From Akkermansiaceae bacterium (GTDB lineage Bacteria; Verrucomicrobiota; Verrucomicrobiia; Verrucomicrobiales; Akkermansiaceae): DNA of 64,000 nt. Location: NCBI GenBank assembly GCA_947491475.1, contig CANLKN010000002.1:6956-70955 (forward strand). Direction: 5' to 3'. The first letter of the stretch is position 1; each line of letters begins with the position of its first letter. A model generated the notes under the pieces. That model was given only the letters and a program-made list of their open reading frames with translations, had not been told where the DNA came from and did no database searches. This document shows positions 45,766-57,457 of the stretch, one piece after another. A program made the position numbers and the translations under genes.

Positions 45766-46125
45766 ATGTCCCGCCGCTTAGATCGAGTCAACGAACTGCT
45801 CCGCCGTGAGATCGGCAATGTCATCCAAAAGGATTATGAATGGCATGGCAAACTCGTCACCGTGAGCGAGGTGGAAATCACCCAGGACCTCAAGGAAGGC
45901 AAAGTCTGGACCAGCGTGCTCGGCGGCGATGCCGGCCCGGTCATCGACAAGCTCAACCGCGAACACGGCTCCATCCAAGGCAAGGTGATGAAGCGCGTGG
46001 TTCTCAAATCCACTCCCGTGCTGCGCTTCTGCTGTGACAACTCCGCCGCCCGCGGCGTGGGCATGGTCAACCTGCTTGAAGAAGTTGACAAACTGCCGAA
46101 AGCTCCCGAGGCGGAGCCAGAGTGA
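45766..46125 (+). CDS. rbfA: Ribosome-binding factor A
   Basis: RLDRVNELLRREI, VSEVEITQDL, PVLRF; follows infB. Confidence 0.93.
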   Translation: MSRRLDRVNELLRREIGNVIQKDYEWHGKLVTVSEVEITQDLKEGKVWTSVLGGDAGPVIDKLNREHGSIQGKVMKRVVLKSTPVLRFCCDNSAARGVGMVNLLEEVDKLPKAPEAEPE

Positions 46126-46161
46126 GATTGGCTTTTCCCCGCTGGCCCAAAAACCGTCGCA

Positions 46162-47373
46162 TCACGCCACAAACAAGCCGACGATGGCGGCGCTTGTCAG
46201 ATTCGACAGCGTGGCAGCAGCAACCGCCTTGAGGCCGAGTCGCGCGATTTCCTGCCGGCGCGTCGGTGCCATGCCGCCAAGCCCGCCTAACAGGATCGCA
46301 ATCGATGACAGGTTGGCAAATCCGCACAAGGCCACCGAACAAATCGCGCGCGTCTTGGCGGTCATCGCCTCCTGAATCTTGGTGAGTTCGACATAAGCGA
46401 CAAACTCGTTGAGCACGATTTTCTGGCCGATGAGGCTGCCGCCATCGCGGATTTCGGCAAAGGGAATTCCCGCCAGCCATGCCAGCGGCGAGAAAGCCCA
46501 ACCGAGGATCCATTGCAGGCTGAGGCCTTGCATTCCAAACCATGCGCCGATGCCGCCGAGCATCAGGTTCAACAGCGCGATCAGACCGATGAATGCCAGC
46601 AGCATGGCTCCCACATTGAGCGCGAGTTTCAGGCCGGTGGCGGCACCCAATGCCGCAGCGTCCAGCACGTTGGCGGGATTTTCGTCGCCTTCCGCAAACG
46701 CCGGCACCGCCTCCTGCGGCTTGTCGATTTCCGGCATCATCAGCTTGGCATACAACAATCCCCCCGGCGCGGCCATGAACGAGGCCGCCAGCAGATATTT
46801 CATCTCCACACCCATCGATGCGTAGCCCGCCAGCACCGAGCCCGCCACACTTGCCAAGCCGCCCACCATCACTGCAAACAACTCCGAGGTTGTCATGCGC
46901 GGCACATAGGGCTTCACCACCAGCGGCGCCTCGGTCTGGCCTACGAAAATGTTGGCCGCCGCGGACATCGACTCCGCGGAGCTCGTTCCTAACAATTTCC
47001 GCAAGCCGCCGCCCAGCAACCGGATCACCCGCTGCATGATGCCCAGATAATACAAAACCGCGATCAACGAGGAGAAAAACACGATCATCGGCAGCACACG
47101 CAGCGCGAACACAAAGCCGATGCCGCCTCCGTCCGCTGTCAGTGGCCCGAAGAGGAAATCCACGCCAGTCTTTCCCGCGCCGATCGCATCAGTCACCAAC
47201 GTGCTGAGCCAGTCGAGCGCATCGCGCCCCTGCGGCACACCAAAGACCAGAGCGCCGATGCCGATCTGGATCGCAAACGCCAATCCCACCGTGCGCCAGC
47301 GCACCGATGTCCTGTGGCTCGACATCGCCCATGCCACCGCCATGAAAACCCCGATTCCCAAGATGCCAATCAT
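46162..47373 (-). CDS. nupC: NupC/CNT family nucleoside transporter
   Basis: [36 protein letters not shown]. Confidence 0.93.
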   Translation of the reverse strand: MIGILGIGVFMAVAWAMSSHRTSVRWRTVGLAFAIQIGIGALVFGVPQGRDALDWLSTLVTDAIGAGKTGVDFLFGPLTADGGGIGFVFALRVLPMIVFFSSLIAVLYYLGIMQRVIRLLGGGLRKLLGTSSAESMSAAANIFVGQTEAPLVVKPYVPRMTTSELFAVMVGGLASVAGSVLAGYASMGVEMKYLLAASFMAAPGGLLYAKLMMPEIDKPQEAVPAFAEGDENPANVLDAAALGAATGLKLALNVGAMLLAFIGLIALLNLMLGGIGAWFGMQGLSLQWILGWAFSPLAWLAGIPFAEIRDGGSLIGQKIVLNEFVAYVELTKIQEAMTAKTRAICSVALCGFANLSSIAILLGGLGGMAPTRRQEIARLGLKAVAAATLSNLTSAAIVGLFVA

Positions 47374-47462
47374 TCCGCTTGCTATCGCATCCCCCCCGCC
47401 CGGGGAAGCACCATTCCTCGTTTTTCTTGCCCGCAGCCGCCACCCCGGCCAGTCTCCGCGCG

Positions 47463-48857
47463 GTGGATGAGCACGAACAGAACCCGATGGACGACTTGCT
47501 GCGGGCACTCGATGCGGCCGATTGCAGCGCGCTGCTTGCCGCCGCCGAGGATGTCCACTACGCCGACCTCGCATCGCTCTACGAAAACCTCGACGACGAA
47601 AAGCGCGACCTGTTGCTGAAAACCATCGGCCCGGAACTTGCCACCGACGTCATCGCCGAGCTGCCGGACACCCTCATCGAGGATGCGCTCAACCACTTCA
47701 AGCCAGCCCAACTCCGCGTGCTGTTAGGAAATCTTTCTGACGACGACCGCGTGGATGTATTCCAAGTGGTCAGCGAGGAAGCACAGGTCCGTTTCTTCAG
47801 TTTGCTCGGCCCGCGCGACAAGGAACTCACCCGCAGCCTGCTCAAATACGAGGAGGACACCGCCGGCGGCCGGATGACCACCCGCATCGGCCGCATCACC
47901 GCCGACATGACGGTGAAACAAGCCATCACTGTGCTACGCCGCGATCGCGAGGACACCGAGACGCTCGCACGGATTTTCGTGGTCGATGAACAAGGCCGCC
48001 TCGCCGGAAAAATCCGCCTGCGCGACCTCGCCTTCAGCACTTGGGACACGCCCATCCGCGATATCATGGAGGAGGCCGACGAATACATCCTCGCCAACGC
48101 CGACCAGGAAGAAGCAGCGCGCACGCTTTCGAAATACGACCTTGTTGTGCTTCCGGTGGTCGATGAATTCCATCATCTGTTAGGTGTGCTCACCTATGAT
48201 GATGCGCTGGAAATTCTGCAGGAAGAATCCACCGAGGACATTGAAAAACTCGCTGCCATCAGTGGTGAGCAATCCGAGGTGACCTATCTGAATACCAGCG
48301 TCGCGCTGCAATACCGCCGCCGCGTGGCGTGGTTGGTGGGCTTGGCATTTGTTTCCATCGCCTCCGGCTATGTGATGTTTCGTTTCAGTGAAACGCTGGA
48401 AAAAGCCTTTGTTCTCGCACTCTTCCTGCCGATGGTGGTGGCGGCCGGCGGCAACTCCGGCGGCCAAGCCGCCACCATGGTGATCCGGGCGATGGCGCTC
48501 GGTGAAATCGATACCGGCAACGCATTGCGCATCGCCTGGAAGGAAGCGCGCACCGGGCTTTTTCTCGGTCTCTCGCTCGGTGTTGCGATCGCAGCATTCA
48601 TCACCCTCATCCTTCCCAGGCTGCAAAATGGCACCGGCGCGGATTTCGATTTCCTCCACCTCGCCGCCGCCGTCGGCGCCGCAATCACCGTGCAGGTTCT
48701 ATCAGCCACGGTGCTCGGTGCGCTGCTACCCATCGGCGCGCGCGCCATCAAGCTCGACCCAGCCGTCGTTTCCTCGCCATCACTCGCGTCCACCGTCGAT
48801 GTCTCCGGTATGTTGATTTATTTCTCCACCGCCGGTGCGATTCTAAATCTGCATTGA
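47463..48857 (+). CDS. mgtE: Magnesium transporter MgtE
   Basis: Acidic N domain, CBS pair (TAGGRMT), [21 protein letters not shown]. Confidence 0.95.
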   Translation: MDEHEQNPMDDLLRALDAADCSALLAAAEDVHYADLASLYENLDDEKRDLLLKTIGPELATDVIAELPDTLIEDALNHFKPAQLRVLLGNLSDDDRVDVFQVVSEEAQVRFFSLLGPRDKELTRSLLKYEEDTAGGRMTTRIGRITADMTVKQAITVLRRDREDTETLARIFVVDEQGRLAGKIRLRDLAFSTWDTPIRDIMEEADEYILANADQEEAARTLSKYDLVVLPVVDEFHHLLGVLTYDDALEILQEESTEDIEKLAAISGEQSEVTYLNTSVALQYRRRVAWLVGLAFVSIASGYVMFRFSETLEKAFVLALFLPMVVAAGGNSGGQAATMVIRAMALGEIDTGNALRIAWKEARTGLFLGLSLGVAIAAFITLILPRLQNGTGADFDFLHLAAAVGAAITVQVLSATVLGALLPIGARAIKLDPAVVSSPSLASTVDVSGMLIYFSTAGAILNLH

Positions 48858-49125
48858 GGAAACGACAGATTTCTTGGGATTGAAATGTGTCGGTTTTGCC
48901 TCTTTCCGGCGCTGGGATGAAATAAAACTGCGCTTTGTGAAACAATCACATCTTGCGAACCACGAGGACGCGTCGGTCCAATACCATCTGTTCCTCACTT
49001 CCTGTAGGTTGGATGGGATACAATTCGCCATAGCCATGGGTGCCGGGCGCAGGTTGCATGCATGCTGCGGCAATAAGCAATGCGTATGATTTTTTCACGA
49101 TGATAGTGGTGATTGGTCGAGAGGT

Positions 49126-49338
49126 TTAATCGCAGCATCCCGAGATCTTGGATCCGCTTTTCTCCAAGGCTTCTTCAACCGCTTCACGGGTTTCGCCGGC
49201 GCGTTTCTGAATCCTTCCAATCAATTCGTCTTTTTTTCCTTCGACGTATTGAAGGTCGTCATCCGTGAGATTCGCCCACTTCTGGGTCAGCTTCCCTTTG
49301 ATGATGTTCCAGTCGCCTTTGATTTGTAGTTTGTTCAT
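49126..49338 (-). CDS. CsbD/YjbJ family general stress protein
   Basis: IKGDWNIIKGKLTQKWANLTDDDL..GRIQKRAG. Confidence 0.92.
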   Translation of the reverse strand: MNKLQIKGDWNIIKGKLTQKWANLTDDDLQYVEGKKDELIGRIQKRAGETREAVEEALEKSGSKISGCCD

Positions 49339-49442
49339 GATGTTTAGTTGTTTATGATATGATTCATGTTCAATGCGCCGGTGAAAATAATCCAGCCGCC
49401 GTATTACCCTCGCAGAATACATATGAGTCAAAAAATAGCCAA

Positions 49443-49457
49443 TAGGGTGATTCCCTA
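49443..49457. promoter_or_regulatory. Palindrome TAGGG-N5-CCCTA upstream of the csbD-like gene
   Basis: TAGGGTGATTCCCTA in an AT-rich intergenic region about 105 bp upstream of the start. Confidence 0.35.
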
Positions 49458-49799
49458 CCGCGGATTTACCAAGAATTTCACAACCCACGCCGGCGTCCCC
49501 GAACTTGCGGATCTCGGGATCAGGTTCGCCTCGTGGCGATAGCAGGCCGATGCGCTCAAATCTGTGGCATGAGAGACGAAGTGGATCTGGGAAAACCAAA
49601 AAACCTGTCAGAAAACCAGCATGTGACGGCTCCAAAATTTTCAGGGCGCAACTCTTTCTCCTGGCAGTTGTTTCATGGATGTGTCCCGGGACATTTCCTC
49701 CTGCCTCATGTTCTCAGCAATAGCGCGCCTCCGTGTCGGAAGCGCTGCGGATTATGCTAGGGGCATGCCAAGGCCTAATATCATTACTCATCCATTGTC

Positions 49800-51047
49800 A
49801 TGAATCGCCTCGTTTCCCACGGCCTTGCCATCGCCTTGGCCACAACACTCCACGGACAAGTCTATGATTTCTCCGCCGCGTCGGCCCATCTGGACGCCAA
49901 TCTCGCCGTGTTTAACAACCGCATCCTCGTCATCGTGGAGCACGAGACCATGGGCGAGATCTTCCGCTATCGGTCCGGCCTGATCTCACAAGACACGAAG
50001 CTCGCCATCGCATCGGCCAGCAAGTGGCTGTCCGCCGCCATCGTGCTGTCATGTACCGAGAAAGGATTGTTCAATATGGATGACCGCGTGGGCCAATACC
50101 TGCCCATTTTCGATACCTATGGAAAAGGCCACATCACCATCCGTCAGTGCTTCTCCATGAAGAGCGGCCTGTCGCTGGCAGACCCTGCCTACGAGCTCGA
50201 TTCCTCCCTTACACTGCAGCAGTCGGTGGATCTTATCGCTGCCAACACGCCCATTGTTTTCACTCCGGGCACCATGCTCGACTATCAGGCGGACGGCATG
50301 CAGACCGTGGGCCGAATTTGTGAAGTGGTCACCGGCAAGGACTGGCGCACACTGGCACGCGAGGTGCTCTTCGATCCGCTAAACATGCCCGAAGCGGACT
50401 ACAACACCTTCGGGCTTAATCCCGCAGTGGCGGGTGGCGCGCGATGCTCTGCGGCCGAATACCTGAAATTCCTCCGCATGATCCTCCGCAACGGTTTGGC
50501 GGATAACGGCAATGTCATCCTATCCAGCCGCAGCGTGCAGGAGTTCTTCACCAATCAAACCTACGGCCTGCCGGAATATTACAGCCCGATCCAGGATTCC
50601 GGGTTCTATGTCTATGGCGAGCGTCCTGATTACGGCATGGGCTCGTGGGTCATGGCGCAGAATCCCGCGGGCGGCGCGGTGGAGGAAGTCGCCAGCCCGG
50701 GCGCGTTCGGAACTTTTCCTTGGGTGGATCGCAAGCGTCAGCTGCGCGGCATCATCTTCATGCTCGGAGTGGGTTCTACCGCCTGGCAAGCCAGTGTGGA
50801 ACTCCAGTCGATCCTCCGCGCCGAGATCGATCTCAAAGGCCTCCCGGCCGAGGAACCACCCGGGCCGGTAACCTCCAGCCGCGTTCCCGGTTATCTGAAA
50901 CTTTCCTGGCCCGGTGACGGCGAGTTGGAAACGTCCACCGATTTCAAGACCTGGGTGCCGCTATCGTGGGCATCCTCGCCTTTTCACGAATCGCTGGACC
51001 GCCCGCCTGGAATCAAGATGTTCTACCGCGTCCGCCGGACCCTGTAG
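49800..51047 (+). CDS. Secreted serine hydrolase (beta-lactamase/AmpC superfamily) with C-terminal F-Y-R-V domain
   Basis: Signal peptide, IASASK (SxxK), FTPGTMLDY, SPGAFG; tail LSWP..LETSTD..W..MFYRV. Confidence 0.88.
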   Translation: MNRLVSHGLAIALATTLHGQVYDFSAASAHLDANLAVFNNRILVIVEHETMGEIFRYRSGLISQDTKLAIASASKWLSAAIVLSCTEKGLFNMDDRVGQYLPIFDTYGKGHITIRQCFSMKSGLSLADPAYELDSSLTLQQSVDLIAANTPIVFTPGTMLDYQADGMQTVGRICEVVTGKDWRTLAREVLFDPLNMPEADYNTFGLNPAVAGGARCSAAEYLKFLRMILRNGLADNGNVILSSRSVQEFFTNQTYGLPEYYSPIQDSGFYVYGERPDYGMGSWVMAQNPAGGAVEEVASPGAFGTFPWVDRKRQLRGIIFMLGVGSTAWQASVELQSILRAEIDLKGLPAEEPPGPVTSSRVPGYLKLSWPGDGELETSTDFKTWVPLSWASSPFHESLDRPPGIKMFYRVRRTL

Positions 51048-51185
51048 GGACCTCGCCGCCAGCAGGTCGGCGCTGGCAACCGAGGCTATCACAACATGCG
51101 CCCGCTATCGGATCGGGAATGGGGCCCGGGGGCGGGCAGAAGCAGACGTCGGAACTGGAGTAAAATTGCTCCAGCTAAAGTTTCA

Positions 51186-52613
51186 CTAAGGCTTGAGCGT
51201 GCTTTCCAGCCGGAGGAAGCCGCGGTCTGCGGAAATGGGCAGCCAGGCGCGCGCGAGGCCGTCGGGACCGGATTGCGGCAGCACTGCAATGGGCGTGAAG
51301 GGAGTTGTTAGATCATATGAATACGCCGGCGAGAGCGAGTAGCGGCTGGAAACCGGCAGGCGGATCGGATAGGCAAGTTCGAGCAGCGGGCCCTGGCCGA
51401 AATCCCTCACGGCGGAGGAAACTTTCCACGCATCATGGCGCGTGGGGTCGAGACCGACGGCGAATTCCACCGCCGCTGCATTGCCATCGCCATCGGAATC
51501 ATCGTCGTGCGGCAGGCCTGTTAGACCGAAGGCCGTCATCCATGTGGCGAAGGGCATGTCGATTTGAGCGGCTGACTTGTAGTGCAGTCCGGACAGGATT
51601 TCGGTGGCGCTGAGCCGGGCGATGCCGGTATGGTAACGGATGTTGAAGGCGTCGATGATTTCGTTGGCGATGAAGGCCTGGGCGTTGGTGTTGGGATGGA
51701 AGTTCGCGCTGTATTCGCCATTGAGCCAGACGTAGTCGAGATTGCCGCTGGTGGAACCGGCGTTGATGAAAGGGATGCCGTGGATGACCAGCGGTGCGGG
51801 CTGCAGCAGCCTGAGGGTGGGCGTGAACACGTCCGCGTAGCCGAGCCCGCGCTGGTGTGCCAGGGCAGCCAAGCCGCTGTTGAGCTGCCCCAGCACCTCG
51901 CTGACGCGGCCTGTGGCGAGCGGATCGGTGGGATAACGCCTCTTGATATCCGGCGTGATGCCGATGTGCGGGACGTTGACCAATACAATCTGCAGGTCCG
52001 GGTTGAGCGTCAGCACACGGTCGAGAATCTCCGCGGCATCGTTGAGGAAATCGGGAATGAAAGTTCCGGCGGAGCCACCTTGATAAATAGTGCCATAGAC
52101 GGCGCGCACGTCGTTGCCGCCGATGAACAAGACAAGCCGGTCGGCGTTGGTTTGGATCTGTGTTTCCAGATCGCTCCGGCTGAATGCGGTGTCCTTGTTC
52201 AGATCCGAAAGCGATAATAGCAGCGAAAGATTGAGGTCGGCATCTACCATGTCGCGGAAGGTGGTTTCGCCAGCCATGAAAGAGCGGAGTTCCTCGATTT
52301 TGAGCCCCGGTAGTGACCAGTTCGAATCATGGCGGAAAAGCAGTGTGTAGATGCTGGCCAAGCGGAACTCCCGGCGCGCGCCGATGTCGAAATAGGATTT
52401 TCGATAGGCTGGATTGTTGAGGATTTCGATCCAGTTGCGCACCTCCGGGCCGAAGCCGTCGCCGAAAGTGGCCACGAAAGGAATCCACACCTCGAATCCG
52501 AACTCGGCTTCATAGGCGTAGGTGAGCGAATCACCCAGTGTCACGCATTGCCCGGAGACCGGTGAGGGTTGGAGAAACCATGCAGCGGAGAGGATGAGGG
52601 GTAGCGCTTTCAT
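51186..52613 (-). CDS. Secreted SGNH/GDSL hydrolase with DxDGDG and F-L-R-L C-terminal domain
   Basis: Signal peptide, LGDSLT, IGGND, FHPN; tail DSDGDG..EFAVGLDP..GFLRLE. Confidence 0.88.
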   Translation of the reverse strand: MKALPLILSAAWFLQPSPVSGQCVTLGDSLTYAYEAEFGFEVWIPFVATFGDGFGPEVRNWIEILNNPAYRKSYFDIGARREFRLASIYTLLFRHDSNWSLPGLKIEELRSFMAGETTFRDMVDADLNLSLLLSLSDLNKDTAFSRSDLETQIQTNADRLVLFIGGNDVRAVYGTIYQGGSAGTFIPDFLNDAAEILDRVLTLNPDLQIVLVNVPHIGITPDIKRRYPTDPLATGRVSEVLGQLNSGLAALAHQRGLGYADVFTPTLRLLQPAPLVIHGIPFINAGSTSGNLDYVWLNGEYSANFHPNTNAQAFIANEIIDAFNIRYHTGIARLSATEILSGLHYKSAAQIDMPFATWMTAFGLTGLPHDDDSDGDGNAAAVEFAVGLDPTRHDAWKVSSAVRDFGQGPLLELAYPIRLPVSSRYSLSPAYSYDLTTPFTPIAVLPQSGPDGLARAWLPISADRGFLRLESTLKP

Positions 52614-52770
52614 GGCCGGGCTCCTCACCCATCGCCGTGCTCCGGCGATTAGCAAACGCTAAAGCTCGATGCCGCTGCGCAATCACGGCAGAGACGGTGA
52701 AACTCGCTGATGAAGTGCGGCGAGAACGAACGATGATTTCTCCGGATTGATTTCCATGTTCTTTAACGTG

Positions 52771-53768
52771 TCAGTTTTCCCTTTTCCCGGAACTGAAGTC
52801 GAGGATCAGGCTGCGATGGTCCTTGCGGATGGTGACTTGATCGGCGGGATAAGTGCTGGTGATGAAGGGACTTTGATATGTGAAGGGCGGCGCGTATTGG
52901 ACCGGAGCGCCGTTGATTTGCGGGGGCTCGCCAGACTTGGCGAAGAAGGTGAAGCGGCCGGAATCCTGCAGGCCGGTGTATTCCAGCACGCGATCGCGGT
53001 AGGAAAACGGATTAGCCAGCACCGCCTTGCTGAAGGCGGCTAAATCCGGGAAGTCGGCATGGCGTGCCACCTCGATGATGACCGGTGAATACGCGTCCTC
53101 CAGCCGCATCCAGTTGTGGTCCGCGCCCTCCCAAGTGAAGCCGCCGTCGACCGGCCGGACCGCAGCGTAGGCATGCGGGGCCTCGACAAATACCCAGCCC
53201 GCTTCCTCCGTGCGGCGCATTTCCTTCCAAAAATAGACGCGCATGTCATCGGCAGTGTATTGGCTGGTGTCGAGTTTCTGCACGATGAGCGTGCCCTTGT
53301 TCTGCACGGACCATTGTTCGTTGTTGCCGCGGTCGTGCTCGCCGGTGGCGGTGGCCTGCGGAACAGTTGCGGGGAAAACCAGTAGAAGCCGAACTCGCTG
53401 TTTTCCAGCCTGCCATCCGGCGCGAGCAGTTCCTTGCGGACATCAATAACCGCTTGGTTTGCCTCGGGCAGGCGCTCATTGCGGAACATCGCGGCAAGTG
53501 CGAAGCATAACTTGTTCCAGGCAAATTGCTGCATCTGCTCCGGCGCGGCGGGACCGGGGAAGGTTTGCTCCACCTGGCTGCGCAGGACCTTGTCACGCCG
53601 GGCCTCGAAACCGTCGAGCACGGCCTGGAGCTGGGCATCGGAGAGTGATGCGGCATGGTCCTTGTTTTCAGAGCCTTGGGCGCCACTTGTTAGCAAGGCA
53701 AGCACCAGGATGCTTGTCAGTCTGGCACACCCCCATGCCGCACTTTGGATATTGATTCGAGACTTCAT
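52771..53768 (-). pseudogene. Exported protein remnant with a large internal deletion near 53360
   Basis: Signal peptide and helical N-terminus end at WFSPQLFR; a different frame resumes PQATATGEHDRGNNEQWSVQ and runs to the stop at 52771. Confidence 0.65.
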
Positions 53769-53839
53769 TCCTCGGGTCATCAGGGGATTCATCATTCCAA
53801 CTACCGATGCATGCGAGTGCTTCATTCACGGCCGCAAAA

Positions 53840-56539
53840 TCACCATTTCGACTCGAAACGATATTTCCCCGCCTCGACCCGCAGCACGGCATGGCCGGGC
53901 GCGGCAGACAGGAATGTGACACCCGGCGCATCGGCAATCGCCGCGCCCCTCTCGGTGATGCCCGCCGGATCGGCGGCCGGCATGTGAACGGTGGCTTGCG
54001 AATTCGGCGGGATGGTGATTTCCAACACCAAGCTCCCGCCATTTCTTTCCCAGCGGCTGCGGATCGTGCCGTAGGGGGATTCGGTTAGGCCTTCGGCATA
54101 GGTCAGGTCGCCGGCGATGACTGGTTGAATCAGAAACGACTGGAAACCCGGATGCGCGGGATCGGGACGGATGCCGGCCAGGCTTTTGACAAACCACGAG
54201 GATACCCCGGTGTAGCAGGTGTGGATGCGGCTTGGTACATCCACATTCCAATACTCCGGCCATGTATCTTCGCCACGCTTTAGGAAATAACCATAACTCG
54301 GTTCCTCGGTGCGGGTGAGATGATCGAACAAAACCTTGTTGCAGTCTGCTTCCTCGATCAGATGCTTGAAGAGGACCGGCAACCCGGAGCTGCCCATGTC
54401 GAGATAGGTTTTTTCGCGGAGCTCCCGTTGCAACCCCGCGGCGATGGCGGGCCGCAGATCATCCGGCGTGATGCCCGCGAGCAGGGCAAAGGCGAGCTGC
54501 ACTTGCGTGCCGTTGGAATAGATCTGTTTGTCGGGATGGTAATAGGTTTCGTGAATCCGGATGCGCAGCGCGTTGAGCCGCTCGCGGTAAAGCGCCGCAT
54601 CGTCCTGATGGCCGAGGATTCCGGCGATCGCGATGAAATCGGCGAGGTTCATGGCATAGACGCAGTTGTTGAAGTATTCCGCCTCGGGTGAATCACCGCG
54701 TTCCTTGCGTTGTTCGGGCGCGGCCCAGTCGCCGAGGAATTTCCCCCAATGCTCGTGATAATTCCGGAGCAGACCGTCCGAGACATTTGAGTGCAGGAAT
54801 TCCAGCCAGCGCCGACTAGACGGATAGGTTGTTTCGAGAATGCGTCGGTCGCCAAAGTGCTGATAGAAACTCCACGCGATGTTCAGTCCCGCGCTGCTCC
54901 ACATCGGGCCGCCGTAGTGCTGGTTGATCTGCGGCGCGGTGTGGTGGATCCAGCCGTTTTCCTCCTGGACGTCGGACCAGTCGCGGACGTGTTTCATATA
55001 CATCGCGGCGGAGTCGTAATACGGAAACGCGATGCCCCATGCGCAGGCAAATGCGACCTCGCCATAACCGAGCCGCTCACGATGCGGGCAATCCATGGTA
55101 TAACCTTCGATCAGGTTGGCGCGCCAGGTCCAGAGGTCGACCTCGTAGATTTGATTCAGAAGTTCGTTCGACGAGGAAAAAGATCCGGTGCGCCGGAGAT
55201 CGGTGCTCAGTGCGCTGCCGGTGATGTCTTCGGGCCGGGGCTCGGATTTCAATCCGGTGAGAGTGACGAAGCGGCCCGCCATGTAGTTGAAACGATGGCG
55301 GAAGACTTCCTCGTCCGCACCCGCGCTGATGAAGAAGCTCCTCTGATCAAAGTCTTCGACGGTGCCGTCCTGGTTGGCGGTCTGGATCATCACCTCGTCG
55401 CCCGCAGCCAGTCCGCGCATTTTCATTTCCAGCCAACCGGTGAAATTTTTTCCCATATCAACCCGATAAGTCTCTCCCTGGCGAGTGACAGATTTTGCGG
55501 GAATCGTCTCGATCAGCCGCGTCGGCTCCATCATCTGGGCGGAGAGTTCGACATCGAAGGCGGCCTCCTTGGCAGCCGCCCACCCGCTGTCGTCGAAGCC
55601 GGGCGCATTCCAATCTTGGATGTGGCGGCGGGCGTCGATGCGTTCGCCGCCATTGGCTCCGGCATCCAGGAGATCGCCGCCGGTGTTTCCCGAAGAGCTT
55701 ATTTCACAGCGCCACGCGGCGTCCGAGGCGAGTGAGAGATTTTTGCCATCCGCCAATGTGGCATGAAACCGGACGCGGAGTGCCGGGCGGGTTTTGAAAA
55801 AACTATAACGTCCCCAGCCCGGCCCGTGCCAGATGGCAATGGTGTTGTCGCCGGGTTTCAGCAGTCGGGCGATGTCGTAGGTGAGGTAAAGCACACGCTT
55901 GTCGAGTCGCGATGCGGCCGGGGCCAGGTGATGGTTCGCGGCTTTTTCGCCGTTGATATACAACTCATGATAACCCAGCGAGGCGATGTGGATGAGAGCG
56001 GTATCGATGGGTTGTTCGAGCTTCAGGTTGCGGCGGAACCAGATGTGCTTGGTCACTGGCGCGTCCGGATGGTGAATCCACGGACCCTGCCAGTCCTCCG
56101 CATTCAACAGCCCCATGGTGAACCGCGCCGGGTCGCTCCACGGCGTGGGTTTGCCATCCTTGTCATGAACGCGCACTTGCCAGAAAACCGTCTGGTTCGA
56201 GACCAATGGCTTGCCACCATATGGGACAAGCAGCGACTGCGACGATTGCACCACGTCGCTATCCCAAAGATCTGCCCGCCCCTCGGTGAGGTGCTCCAGG
56301 CGGCTCGCAGCACGGATCTGCCAGGCGGTCTGTTTTTGTCCGCGCGCTGCATCGGCATCCGCAAGTTTCCAACTGAGGCGTGGAACGGCGACATCGACGC
56401 CAATCGGATCTCTCAAGTATCCGCAGCGCAGATCCACAGGAACGACTGCCAGCGCGGAGGAGGTGCCGATGGTGAAAACCGCGAGCTGGCAGCGCACGTC
56501 GTGTGTGAAGCGGGTTGGTAACAAATCTTTGGGTTTCAT
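53840..56539 (-). CDS. Alpha-L-rhamnosidase (GH78)
   Basis: PRLSW, DLWDS, SLGYHELYING, DMGKNFTG, DCPHRERLGY, TWPEYW, SRIH, SPYGTIRSRW. Confidence 0.93.
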   Translation of the reverse strand: MKPKDLLPTRFTHDVRCQLAVFTIGTSSALAVVPVDLRCGYLRDPIGVDVAVPRLSWKLADADAARGQKQTAWQIRAASRLEHLTEGRADLWDSDVVQSSQSLLVPYGGKPLVSNQTVFWQVRVHDKDGKPTPWSDPARFTMGLLNAEDWQGPWIHHPDAPVTKHIWFRRNLKLEQPIDTALIHIASLGYHELYINGEKAANHHLAPAASRLDKRVLYLTYDIARLLKPGDNTIAIWHGPGWGRYSFFKTRPALRVRFHATLADGKNLSLASDAAWRCEISSSGNTGGDLLDAGANGGERIDARRHIQDWNAPGFDDSGWAAAKEAAFDVELSAQMMEPTRLIETIPAKSVTRQGETYRVDMGKNFTGWLEMKMRGLAAGDEVMIQTANQDGTVEDFDQRSFFISAGADEEVFRHRFNYMAGRFVTLTGLKSEPRPEDITGSALSTDLRRTGSFSSSNELLNQIYEVDLWTWRANLIEGYTMDCPHRERLGYGEVAFACAWGIAFPYYDSAAMYMKHVRDWSDVQEENGWIHHTAPQINQHYGGPMWSSAGLNIAWSFYQHFGDRRILETTYPSSRRWLEFLHSNVSDGLLRNYHEHWGKFLGDWAAPEQRKERGDSPEAEYFNNCVYAMNLADFIAIAGILGHQDDAALYRERLNALRIRIHETYYHPDKQIYSNGTQVQLAFALLAGITPDDLRPAIAAGLQRELREKTYLDMGSSGLPVLFKHLIEEADCNKVLFDHLTRTEEPSYGYFLKRGEDTWPEYWNVDVPSRIHTCYTGVSSWFVKSLAGIRPDPAHPGFQSFLIQPVIAGDLTYAEGLTESPYGTIRSRWERNGGSLVLEITIPPNSQATVHMPAADPAGITERGAAIADAPGVTFLSAAPGHAVLRVEAGKYRFESKW

Positions 56540-56549
56540 TTAGTGATAT

Positions 56550-57313
56550 CTAATGATGCATGCCGGTGCCGATGATGGCACTGGCACCGGACAAGGCGGT
56601 TTCAATGGTCGGGTTTTTCCCCTGCGATTCGACGGTGAAGCCGTTGGGCAAGACCTCGCTGCCATAGTGTGCGCCTTCTTTCACCAGCCAGTTGTCGAGC
56701 AGGCGATGGAGCTGGGGCAGGGCTTTGTCGCCATCTCCCAGCGAGGCGTATTTGGAGGCGGCAACGGTCAGGCTGTAGCCGCAGAGATCATAGAACCCAT
56801 CCTGATTCCTGAAGTTGAGCCAGTGGTCAGGAAGAGGCGTGCCTTCCTCCCGTCCACCGCGACTTCCTTCCATGCGGTGGCATAATCGCCGCCGGCCAGA
56901 AGGCGCGGCTCGACCACCGGGATGCCGTCGATTTCCTTGAGCACCGGCAGCGGGTTGCGCTCGTAGTTTGGCGAACGCTCGGGCCAGAGTTGATAGAAAG
57001 GAGAATCCGGATTGCCGGGCAGAAACTCCCATTTCCAAGGAGCCTGCGAACCATCGGCATTCGCCTCGGTGGATGTCACATCGATGAGATGGATCATTTC
57101 ATCCCGCTGCGTGAGGGCGCGGAACTCGAGCTTGCCGAGGTCGGTCTGGATGGTTCCGCGCAGCTCCGCGTTCCAGAGATCCTGACGCATGGTGACGGGC
57201 ACGGGCTGCGGCGGCGCACTGGCTGCGGGTTCATCCGCGGCCGTGCAGACAAGACAGCTTGCGAGAACGAGTGGCAGTGAAATTTCGCAGGCTGCAAACA
57301 AGTTGTTTTTCAT
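56550..57313 (-). pseudogene. GH95/GH65-like (alpha-L-fucosidase-like) remnant with several deletions
   Basis: Signal peptide, MRQDLWNAELRGTIQT, GGDYATAW; frame switch near 56825 to GYS..AAS.YA.LGDGD.A..NPTIET; ends before the expected MLLQS segment. Confidence 0.6.
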
Positions 57314-57457
57314 GGGCATGGATGGAGGATTTCCGGATGTGCCTGCTTGCTCCCGAACCAGCTCGCCGGTTATTTCACGGAAATTTCGCGGCAAGCCATG
57401 TTCGCGAGACGTCGGGTCTTTCGATCACGCTCAGGTTTCGCAAGGTGACATCCATGC

